In this document: piece by piece, positions 9,774 to 18,937 of the stretch
Position numbering within the stretch: the stretch's first letter is position 1
Layout of the letters: each line of letters begins with the position of its first letter
NCBI GenBank assembly: GCA_963776345.1
Contig: CAVZMH010000024.1
Coordinates: forward strand, 32,001 to 96,000
Length of the DNA stretch: 64,000 nucleotides
From: an uncultured delta proteobacterium
GTDB lineage: Bacteria > Myxococcota > Myxococcia > Myxococcales > Myxococcaceae
Reading direction: 5' to 3'
Program-made: the position numbers and the translations under genes
Notes under the pieces: model-generated
What the model was told of the DNA's origin: nothing
What the model saw: the letters and a program-made list of their open reading frames with translations, nothing else
The model's database searches: none

Positions 9774-10655
9774 ATGAAGCTCCAGGGTTCGATGACCGCG
9801 CTGGCCACGCCGTTCCGCGGCGGGGCGCTGGATGAGGACGCCTACCGGGCGCTGGTTCGCCAGCAGCTCGCCGGCGGCACCGCGGGCCTGGTGCCCTGCG
9901 GGACGACGGGCGAGGCGATGACCATGACCTTGGCCGAGCGCGTCCGGGCGGTGCGGGTGGTGGTCGAGGAGGCGAAGGGCCGGGTGCCGGTGGTGGCCGG
10001 TGCGGGGAGCAACAGCACCGCCGAGACCATCGAGGCGATGGGCCGGGTCCGCGAGGTGGGCGCCGACGCCGCGCTGATCGTCACCCCCTACTACAACAAG
10101 CCCAACCAGGCCGGGCTGCTCGAGCACTACCGCGCCTGCGTGCGGGCGCACCCCGGGTTCCCCATCGTCGTCTACAACGTGCCGGGCCGGACGGCGGGCG
10201 ACATCCTCCCGGAGACGATGCAGCGGCTGTGCGAGCTGGCGGAGATCGTCGCCATCAAGGAGGCGACGGCGAGCATGATCCGCGCGGTGGAGCTGCGCGA
10301 GAAGTGCGGCCCGCGGCTGACCCTGCTCTCGGGCGACGACTACACGGTGGTGCCGTTCATCGCCTGCGGCGGTGAGGGCGTCATCTCGGTGTCCTCGAAC
10401 GTGGCGCCGCGCCTGATGGCGGACATGGTGGAGGCGGCGCGGCGCGGCGAGCGTGACCGGGCGCTCGAGCTCCAGGTTCGCCTGAATCCGCTGCACCGGC
10501 TGCTCTTCGCCGAGCCGAACCCCATTCCGGTGAAGTGGGCGCTCCATCTGATGGGCATGTTCGGCCCGGAGATCCGCCTCCCCCTGGTCCCGCTCGGGGA
10601 GCCGCACCGGATCGCGCTGGCGACCGAGCTGCGGCGGCTGGGCCTTCTGAGCTGA
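9774..10655 (+). CDS. dapA: 4-hydroxy-tetrahydrodipicolinate synthase
   Basis: GTTGE, TPYYNKP, YNVPGRT, IKEA, LSGDD, NPIPVK. Confidence 0.95.
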   Translation: MKLQGSMTALATPFRGGALDEDAYRALVRQQLAGGTAGLVPCGTTGEAMTMTLAERVRAVRVVVEEAKGRVPVVAGAGSNSTAETIEAMGRVREVGADAALIVTPYYNKPNQAGLLEHYRACVRAHPGFPIVVYNVPGRTAGDILPETMQRLCELAEIVAIKEATASMIRAVELREKCGPRLTLLSGDDYTVVPFIACGGEGVISVSSNVAPRLMADMVEAARRGERDRALELQVRLNPLHRLLFAEPNPIPVKWALHLMGMFGPEIRLPLVPLGEPHRIALATELRRLGLLS

Positions 10656-10692
10656 GGGATCTGTACCGGCGCGGCGAACGCCAGCTCGCTAG

Positions 10693-11586
10693 ATGAGGGC
10701 GGAGATGGCGGACGCAAAGAGAACCTCCACCGGTCTGCTGTTCGCCCTCTGCTCGATCTTCATCGTCCAGATCGGCGCGGCCGCCTCGACGCCGGTCTTC
10801 GCGGTCATCGGCCCGGCCGGGACGGCGTGGCTCCGGCTGTGCTGGGCAGGGGTGTTCTTCGTGGCGGTCGCGCGGCCGAGCCTGCGGGCGCTCCACCGGC
10901 ATGACCTGGCCGCGGCCCTCCTCCTCGGAGTGGTGAGCGCCGGGATGACCATCACCTTCTTCGAGGCCATCGCCCGCATTCCCCTCGCCACCGCGGTGGC
11001 CATCGAGTTCCTCGGGCCGCTCACCGTGGCCGTGCTCCGCCGCACCGGACGCTGGGGGCTGGTCTGGCCGCCGCTGGCGTTCGCCGGGGTGCTGCTGGTG
11101 ACGCAGCCCTGGTCGGGCCTCACCGACACCGTGGGCATCGCCTTCGCGCTCGGCGCCGGGATGGGCTGGGCGTCGTACATCCTCCTGACCCAGCGCATCG
11201 GCCAGCGCTTCCACGGGCTCGCCGGGCTGGCCATTTCCATGCCCGCGGCGGCGCTCGCCGCCACGCCTCTGGGGCTGGTCCAGGCGCTCGGGCACCTGAC
11301 GCCCATGGTGGTCCTCGCCTGCGCCGGGCTGGCGCTGCTCCTGCCCGTCATCCCGTACTCGCTGGAGCTGCTCGCGCTGCGGCGCCTCGACGCGGGCACC
11401 TTCGGGACGTTGATGAGCGTCGAGCCCGCCGCCGCGCTCCTGGTGGGCGCGGTGATGCTCCGCCAGTTCCCCGGATGGGGACAGGCGCTCGGCATCGGCC
11501 TGGTCACCGTGGCCGCCGTCGGCGCCGCGCGCACCGGGCGGCCGGAGGAGACCGCCGAGCCCGTGCCCGCGCCGGCGACCGTCTGA
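10693..11586 (+). CDS. EamA transporter, RhtA-like
   Basis: AIARIPLATAVAIEFLGPL, IPYSLELLALRRL, FGTLMSVEPA. Confidence 0.85.
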   Translation: MRAEMADAKRTSTGLLFALCSIFIVQIGAAASTPVFAVIGPAGTAWLRLCWAGVFFVAVARPSLRALHRHDLAAALLLGVVSAGMTITFFEAIARIPLATAVAIEFLGPLTVAVLRRTGRWGLVWPPLAFAGVLLVTQPWSGLTDTVGIAFALGAGMGWASYILLTQRIGQRFHGLAGLAISMPAAALAATPLGLVQALGHLTPMVVLACAGLALLLPVIPYSLELLALRRLDAGTFGTLMSVEPAAALLVGAVMLRQFPGWGQALGIGLVTVAAVGAARTGRPEETAEPVPAPATV

Positions 11587-11710
11587 TCGGCGGTCGAACC
11601 GACGGCCGCCAGGGGATGCTCCCGCGGAGGCCCCGAGGAGAGTGGCCCGGCGGGACGGCCGCTCGCCGCCTCGCGCGCCACGGGCGCCGGGCGTGCTACA
11701 TCGCTCCGCC

Positions 11711-12517
11711 GTGCCACTCACCCTCCTCGTCGCCGGGGTCCCGGGCCGCATGGGCTCGGCGGTGGTGCGCGCCGCGGCGGAGGAGCCCGCGGTGAAGGTC
11801 GTCGGCGCGGTCGCCCGCCCGGGCTCGCCGGCGCGCGGGCGGGACGTCGGCACGCTCTCCGGCGTCGCGGCGCTCCAGCTGCCGCTCCGGGACGACTTCG
11901 CCGCCGCGCTCGCCGAGGTGCGGCCCGACGTCGCCGTGGACTTCACCGCACCCGAGTCGTCCGCCGACTTCGCCGAGGCCTGCGCCCGGCAGGGCGTCCC
12001 CTTCGTCACCGGCACCACCGGCTTCACCATCGCCCAGCGCGAGCGGCTCGACCGCGCCGCGGCGCGCATCCCGCTCGTCGTCTCGCCCAACATGTCGGTG
12101 GGCGTGCACGTGATGCTCGAGGCCGCGTCGCTCCTCGGCCGGGTCCTCGGGACCGGGTGGGACGCCGAGGTGCTCGAGCTGCACCACCGGCTGAAGAAGG
12201 ACGCCCCGAGCGGCACCGCGCTCCGCATCGCCGAGGTGGTGGCCAAGGCCCGCGGGCAGGACGCCTCGGTGCTCCGCCTGGCCCGCGCCGGGACCGTGGG
12301 CGAGCGCCCCCCGGGGGAGATCGGCGTCCAGACGCTCCGGGGCGGTGACGTGGTGGGCGAGCACACCGTCTTCTTCCTCGCGCCGGGCGAACGCATCGAG
12401 CTCAGCCACCGCGCCACGAGCCGCGACCAGTTCGCCAAGGGCGCGCTCCGCGCCGCGCTGTGGGTCCGCGGCCAGCCCCCCGGGCAGTACGGGATGCGGG
12501 ACGTGCTGGGGCTGTGA
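11711..12517 (+). CDS. dapB: 4-hydroxy-tetrahydrodipicolinate reductase
   Basis: GRMG, DFT, GTTG, ELHHRLKKDAPSGTA, GDVVGEH. Confidence 0.95.
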   Translation: MPLTLLVAGVPGRMGSAVVRAAAEEPAVKVVGAVARPGSPARGRDVGTLSGVAALQLPLRDDFAAALAEVRPDVAVDFTAPESSADFAEACARQGVPFVTGTTGFTIAQRERLDRAAARIPLVVSPNMSVGVHVMLEAASLLGRVLGTGWDAEVLELHHRLKKDAPSGTALRIAEVVAKARGQDASVLRLARAGTVGERPPGEIGVQTLRGGDVVGEHTVFFLAPGERIELSHRATSRDQFAKGALRAALWVRGQPPGQYGMRDVLGL

Positions 12518-13035
12518 GCGCCGCGGCGGCGAGCGACGGACCGGTGTACGTGGGCCTCGGCGCGAACCTCGGCGACCCCGAGCGCACGCTGGCCGCCGCC
12601 CTCGAGGACCTCGCGCGCCTCGAGGACGTGGCGGTGCTCCGCTGCTCCTCGCTCTACGCCGCGGCCCCGGTGGGCCCCCCCCAGCCCGAGTTCCGCAACG
12701 CCGTGGTGGGGCTGTCGACCGGTCGCACGCCCGGATCGCTCCTGGCCGCCCTCCTGGACATCGAGCGGGCGCACGGCCGGGTCCGCGTCGAGCGGTGGGG
12801 ACCGCGGCTCCTCGACCTCGACATCCTCCTCTGGGGAGACCGGGTGGTGGACGTTCCGGGGCTGCACATCCCCCACCCCGAGCTCCACCGGCGCCGCTTC
12901 GCGCTCGAGCCGCTGGCCGAGCTGGATCCGGCGGCGCGCCACCCCGTCCTCCAGAAAACCGTCGCCGAGCTGCTGGCCGGCGTGCGAGATCAGCCGGTGC
13001 AGCGCCTCGATTCCGCCGTGTGGAGACCTCGATGA
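12514..13035 (+). CDS. folK: 2-amino-4-hydroxy-6-hydroxymethyldihydropteridine diphosphokinase
   Basis: YVGLGANLG, RWGPRLLDLDIL, IPHPELHRRRF. Confidence 0.93.
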   Translation: MSAAAASDGPVYVGLGANLGDPERTLAAALEDLARLEDVAVLRCSSLYAAAPVGPPQPEFRNAVVGLSTGRTPGSLLAALLDIERAHGRVRVERWGPRLLDLDILLWGDRVVDVPGLHIPHPELHRRRFALEPLAELDPAARHPVLQKTVAELLAGVRDQPVQRLDSAVWRPR

Positions 13036-14522
13036 CGATGGCCGCAACCGCCCTGGTGCTGGTGCTCGCGCAGGGGCAGCCGCTCCCCCCGGGGCATCCC
13101 CCCATCTCGGGTGGGGTGGTCCCCGCGAAGCCCCTCCCGCCCGCGCCCGCCGCTCCTCTCGACCAGGCCCAGCCGGGCTCGGGCGACGCCGCGCTCCCGC
13201 CCGGTCATCCGGCCATCACTCCGGGCGGCGCGCCGCCGGCCGCGGGAACGGGGAGCAGCGCGCCCGGGAGCGCCGGCCAGCTTCCTGCCGGACACCCCAG
13301 CATCACCCCGGGTGCCGCGGCGTCGACGCTCGGACGACCTGCTCCGGAAGATGGACGCCACCCCGGACCTCAAGACGCAGCCCAAGCCGTACGAGGTCTC
13401 GGCGGCGATCGGCAAGCTCTACTACGGCCGTGGCCGATGGGCGGACGCACGCGACTTCTTCACCCAGGCGGAGAAGACCGCCGAGCCGGTCCGCTCTCTC
13501 TTCCTCGAGCAGAGGAAGCAGGTGAAGAAGCGCGCTCCCGGACGCGGCCCCGGCCGGCTGCCGGCTCTCGAGCGACATGGCGGTGGAGAAGGTGGTCGAG
13601 CAGGCCCGCAGCCTCGCGGCCCAGAAGCAGCACGGCCCGGCGGCGGCCTGCGCGCTGGAGGCGCTCGGCCCGGCCCTCGACGCCACCGCGCTGCTCGGGA
13701 ACGCGCTGGCCCTGATGGGCGACAGCAAGGGCGCGCTCGCCGCGTACGAGCGAGTGCTGCAGATCCAGCCCCGGAACGCCGAGGCGCTGTACGGGCATGG
13801 CGCGGTCACCTTCGAGACGAAGGGCGACGACGTCGCGGCGTTGAAGGCCGCGCGGACGGAGCTCCAGACGGCGGCCGAGGTGGCGCCGAGCTCCCCCCAG
13901 TCGGCGTCGGCCCGGGCGCTCGCCCAGCGCATCGACCAGGTCATCGCCGCAGGGGGCGCGACGAGGTTCGCCCGCCAGCAGCAGAAGATCCGGGCCGAGG
14001 CCAAGCCGGTGGTGGCGGCAGGGCCGATGGCGGACCGATGGCCGCCGCTCCGATGGCCGCGGGCCCGGCGCAGCCCGCCCCCGGACCCTCGGCGGCGAAC
14101 CTGCCGCGCCGCCCCAGCTGAGCAAGGAGACGATGGAGGCGTTCCAGAAGACCGAGGTGACGCCCGAGATGCAGGCCAGCTTCGCCCGGCTGATCGAGGA
14201 CGGAGAGGCCAAGCTCGTCGCCAACAAGTACCAGGACGCGCTCGACGACTTCCGGCAGGTGATGCCCTACCAGCCCAACAACGCGCGGCTGCGCGCGGGT
14301 ATGGCCTGGGCGCTGGTCGGGCTGCAGCGGCAGCCGATGGCGGACAACGTGTGGCGCGTGGCGGTCGGCTCGGATCCGGCCTCGGTGGACGCCCTCGGTG
14401 ACCGGCTCTCCAAGGCGGGCAACAGGGAGAGCGCCCGCGCCCTGTGGACCAAGCTCCAGGCGAGCGACCCGGACTACGCCTCGCGCTCCGGCGTGCAGAA
14501 GAAGCTGGGCGGTTCGCCCTAG
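13032..14522 (+). CDS. Exported TPR-containing protein with LPxGHP repeats (about 4 apparent frameshifts)
   Basis: Stitched from the ORF-track frames starting 12345, 13111, 13577 and 14133; TPR-like segments such as LLGNALALMGDSKGALAAYERVLQIQPRNAEALYG. Confidence 0.65.
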
Positions 14523-15836
14523 CTGGCGACGGCGCCGGTCTCGCGAGCGACCGGCACCTCCTTCACCGTCGCCGGCCCGGCCAGGGTCGGCACGGCGAAG
14601 GTGACCTCGTCGCGGCCGAGGAAGTGCGCCGGCCCGTCGAGGAGGGCGAGCAGCCCGCGCCGCTCTCATCCAGGCCACCGCCAGCGTGAACAGCGCGGCA
14701 GCCGTGGCCATGGTGAGGCGGAGCCCCACCCGGTCCCCGAGCCAGGAGAGCGTGAGGAGCCCCACCGCGTACCCCACCCCCAGCACCATGGTGTAGAGGC
14801 TGCTGACCCGCGCCTGGAGCAGCCGCGAGACCCGGCTCATGCAGGTGGCGTTCACCCCGGTGAGCGTGGAGAGGTAGGCGCCGCCGAGGATGACGAGCAG
14901 CACCACCGCCATCCAGAACCGGGGCACGAGCCAGTAGGCGACCGCGACGACGCCGAGGGTCAGGGTCATCCGGCTCATCAGGCGCCGGCGGCCCCAGCGG
15001 TCGGCCAGCGTGCCGGTGAGCACCGCCGCGCCGATCGCTCCGACGCCCTGGGCGGTGGCGAGCAGCGAGGTGCCCGTGGCGCCGTGGCCGAAGATGGTGA
15101 TGGCGTACACCGGGATCAGCGCGATGAAGGGCGCCACCAGCACCGCGACGAGGCAGGTGAGGACCAGCGCGGTGCGGATGCCGGCGTCCTCGCGCGCGAC
15201 GCGGAAGCCGGTGACGATCTCCGCCCACAGGTCGCCGCGTCCGTCGTGCTCTGCCCTGGGCGGCAGATGGACGAGCATCAGCGAGACCAGCACCGCGACG
15301 AAGCTCGCGGCGTTGCAGAGGAAGGCGAGGGCGAGCCCCCCGGCGGCGATGGCCAGGGCGGCGAGCGACGGACCGATGATGCGGCCGAGGTTGTACTGCG
15401 CCGAGCTGAGGCTGAGCGCCGAGAGGAGATCCTCGGCGGGGACCAGCTCGGCGAGGAGCGACGAGTAGACCGGCGACACCAGCGCGTTCACGCACCCGGC
15501 GAGGAAGGCGAGCACCGCGACGGTCGGCACCGAGAGCCGCCCGGTGAAGGCGAGCACCGCCAGCACGGCCGCGAGGAGCGTCTGCGCGGTGGTGAGGACC
15601 GAGAGCAGCCGCCGCCGGTCGGTCCGGTCGGCCAGCGCGCCGGCGAGCGGGCCGAGGACCAGCGTGGGCAGATACATCAGCGCGGCCACCGTGCCGGTCC
15701 ACCCGGCGCGCCCGGTGGCCTGGGTGACGTACACGCCCACCCCGATGGTCTCCATCCAGGTGCCGACGTTGGAGACGAACGCGCCCAGCCAGAAGCGGAC
15801 GAAGTTCGGATGGCGAAAGGCGCGAAGGGAGGACAA
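14519..15836 (-). CDS. MFS transporter (DUF894/EntS-like; frameshift near 14655)
   Basis: AFRHPNFVRFWLG, GALADRTDRRRLL, GTLADRWGRRR; about 12 TM helices. Confidence 0.85.
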
Positions 15837-16060
15837 CCGGTCCTGCCTCGCGCGCCCGGGTCGAGCGACGGCGAGATCCAAGGGAATTCCAGCCCTCAGA
15901 CTACCGCGTCCCGGGGCGCACCGCAGGCACAGTGGCCGCCTGTTTCGCGCAGGGAAGGCTTGCGGCGCGGGGTGGGTCCGGGGCAAGTCAGGGAGCACCG
16001 GAGCCCACCCTGCTCGCCCTGGTCGACACACCCCGTCCGTCCAGTCCACGCCGCCGTGCG

Positions 16061-16585
16061 GTGCGCGGTCCCCTGTTCGCCCTCGCCGGCGCGATCGCCC
16101 TCTACGTCGCGCTCTGGGTCATCCCCTGGCGACTCCACCCGTCGACCGGGCGAGGTGCGCTCGGCGTCTACGAGGTGGGACAGGAGGGTCGCCTGGACCC
16201 GCTCCCCGAGGGCGCACCGCTGCCCGCGGGGACGAAGGTGGCGTTCGGCGTCAGCTCGGAGCGCGAAGCGTCGGTGGTGGTGCTCGCCCTGCGCCCCCGA
16301 CGAGTGCTGCTGGTGAGCCCGTCGACGCCCGCGACCGGCGCCATCGAGCGGATCCGCCCCGGCGGGCCCACGGTGCTGTCGGACCGTCCGGCCATCGACG
16401 GCCCTCCCGGGCTGGTGCGCTTCCTGGCGGTGTTCTGCCGGAGCGCGCTGCCGCCCCAGACGGTGCTCAAGGCGGGCGAGCGGGCGCTGGCCGTGGGTGG
16501 GGGCGATCCCGACGCGGTCCACACGCTGGACCTCGGCTGCGCCGAGGCCTTCGCCAGCGCGAGGGTGGTCGGGCCCAGGCCCTAG
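16061..16585 (+). CDS. Hypothetical membrane-anchored protein (DUF4384-like)
   Basis: N-terminal TM then a beta-rich domain ending ...RFLAVFC...C; start uncertain. Confidence 0.5.
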   Translation: MRGPLFALAGAIALYVALWVIPWRLHPSTGRGALGVYEVGQEGRLDPLPEGAPLPAGTKVAFGVSSEREASVVVLALRPRRVLLVSPSTPATGAIERIRPGGPTVLSDRPAIDGPPGLVRFLAVFCRSALPPQTVLKAGERALAVGGGDPDAVHTLDLGCAEAFASARVVGPRP

Positions 16586-17622
16586 ATCAGCCGCGCGGCG
16601 AGCAGGTCCTGCACGTCGATGAGCCCGACGGGGTGGCCATCGGCGTTGACCACCGGAAGCTGATCCACGTGCGCCTCGCGCATCAGCGCCGCGGCGGTCA
16701 GCGCCAGGTCCTCCGGCGACACGCAGCGCGGGTGGTGGCCCATCACCGCGGAGACCGGCAGGGCGAAGTCGGTCTTCCCCCGCTCGACCATCCGCCGGAG
16801 GTCGCCGTCGGTGAAGATGCCCACCAGCCGGCCCGAGGCGTCGACGACGTTGGTCGCGCCAGGACGCCCGGGGGTGTTGGTCATCACCACCACCGCCTCG
16901 TGCAGCGGAGCGTCGGCCCGCACCACCGGGTTGGCGCGCCCGGCGCGCATCACCTCCAGCACCCGCATCACGCTCCGACCCAGCTTTCCGCCCGGGTGGA
17001 GCGCGGCGTACTCCTCGCTGCTGAACTGGCGCGTCTTGAGGAGGGTCATCGCCAGCGCGTCCGAGACCGCGTGCAGCGCGGCCGAGCTGGCGGTGGGGAC
17101 CAGCCCCAGCGGGCAGGCCTCGGGGATGGCGCCCACGTCGAGCACCACGTCCGCGCCGCGGGCCAGCGGGGAGTCGCCGTCGCCGGTGATGGCGACGATC
17201 TGCGCCCCGAGGCGCCGGAGCGAGGGGAGGAGCCGCACCAGCTCCTCGGTCGAGCCGCTGTTGGAGAGCGCCAGCACCACGTCGCCCCGGCTGACGCGGC
17301 CGAGGTCGCCGTGCAGCGCCTCGGAGGGGTGGAGGTAGAGCGAGGGGACGCCGGTGGAGGCGAGCGTCGCCGACAGCTTCTGGGCGATGAAGCCGGGCTT
17401 CCCCAGTCCGGTGACGATCACGTGGCCCTCGCAGGCCCGCAGCAGCTCCAGCGCACGGATGAAGCCCGCCCCGAGCCGCTCCTTGGCGCCGAGGATGGCC
17501 GCGGCCTCGGCATCGAGGACTCCCCGGGCGTAGGCCAGCGCGTCCGCCCGCTGCGCCAGCCTCCTCCGCGACGCCGAGGGGCGAGAACGGACGCGGGAGG
17601 GGCGGGGGACGGGGCGTCGCAT
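16582..17622 (-). CDS. kdsD: KpsF/GutQ arabinose-5-phosphate isomerase (SIS + 2 CBS)
   Basis: TGLGKPG, HPSEALHGDLG, SNSGSTEE, EACPLGLVPTAS, HPGGKLG, GIFTDGDLRR. Confidence 0.9.
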   Translation of the reverse strand: MRRPVPRPSRVRSRPSASRRRLAQRADALAYARGVLDAEAAAILGAKERLGAGFIRALELLRACEGHVIVTGLGKPGFIAQKLSATLASTGVPSLYLHPSEALHGDLGRVSRGDVVLALSNSGSTEELVRLLPSLRRLGAQIVAITGDGDSPLARGADVVLDVGAIPEACPLGLVPTASSAALHAVSDALAMTLLKTRQFSSEEYAALHPGGKLGRSVMRVLEVMRAGRANPVVRADAPLHEAVVVMTNTPGRPGATNVVDASGRLVGIFTDGDLRRMVERGKTDFALPVSAVMGHHPRCVSPEDLALTAAALMREAHVDQLPVVNADGHPVGLIDVQDLLAARLI

Positions 17623-17684
17623 CGCGAGGGAGGAACCCCGCTCATACCGCGCGTGGCCGGTCGAGGCTAGGGTGCGCCGGCCCG

Positions 17685-18937
17685 TTGCCATCCGTGCGGA
17701 CCCTCCTGACCCTCGTCCTGTTCGCCTCGACGCTGGTGGCGGTGATGATCCGTCCGCGCGGCATCGCCGCCGGATGGTGGACCTGCGCGGCGGCGGCCGT
17801 CGCGCTGGCCCTGGGGCTCGTGCATCCCGCCCAGGTCTGGGCGCTGGTCCTCGTGGCCCGCGAGGCCCTCCTCTTCCTGCTGGCGCTGCTCCTCCTCTCC
17901 GCCCTGCTCGAGGCGAGCGGGTTCTTCGAGTGGGCCGCGGTGCTCGCCGCGCGCTCGGCGCGGAGCGGGGCGGGGCTCCTGGGAAGCGTGCTGGTGCTCG
18001 GGTCGCTGATCACCATCGTGCTCTCGCTGGACACCACCGCGGTCATCCTCACCCCGCTGGTGGTGGCGGCGGTGCAGCGGCTCGAGGTGCCGGCGCGGCC
18101 GTACATCCTGGTCTGCGTCTTCGTCTCCAACGTGGCCTCGCTGCTGCTCCCGGTGAGCAACCTCACCAACCTCCTCCTCGCCGCGCACGTCCCGGCCGCG
18201 CGGTTCGCCGCGGCGATGGGGCTGCCCCAGCTGGCGACGCTCCTGGTGCTCTGGGCGGGGCTGCGCTTCGCCTGCCGGCGGGAGCTGGGCTCCACGCTCG
18301 ACACCGCGCGCCTGCCCCGCGCCTCGACGGTCATCGTGGACCGGCCGTTCTTCCTCGCGGCCTGCGGCGTGCTCGTGCTCCTGGTGCTCGGCTACTTCCT
18401 CGGTCCCGCCCTCGGCGTCCCGGTGTGGGTGACGACCTTCGCCGGGGTGCTGGTCCTCGGCGCGGTGGGGGTCGCGCGCCAGCGGCTGGGGAGGAGCGGG
18501 GTCCAGCACCTCTCGCTCGGGGTGTTCCCGTTCGTGGTGGGGCTCTTCGCCCTGGTGCAGGCGGTGGAGAACCTCGGGCTCGATCGGCCGCTGGTCCGGT
18601 GGCTGGCGGAGCCGCGGCCGGCCTGGGTGGGGCTGGCGGCGATGACCGGGGTGGCGAGCGCGCCTCGAGCGCGCTCAACAACCTGCCGGCCACGCTGCTG
18701 GTCCGCTCGCTGCTCGACGCGCTCCATGCGCCGGAGGCGTGGATGCATGCCGCGCTGCTCGGGACCAACATCGGGAGCTGCCTCACGCCGCACGGGACGC
18801 TGGCCACGCTGCTGGTCCTCTCCGCCGCCGCGCGCAGGGGGGTCGACCTGCCGCCGCTGGAGGTGGTCAAGGTGTCGGTGTGGCTGGTGCCGGCGATGCT
18901 GGTGGCTGGGCTTGTCGCGCTCTGGGTGGTGCACTGA
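17685..18937 (+). CDS. ArsB/NhaD-family ion transporter (frameshift near 18662)
   Basis: LSLDTTAVILTP, SNVASLLLPVSNLTN; in the second frame LNNLPA and GTNIG..LTPHGTLATL. Confidence 0.85.
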
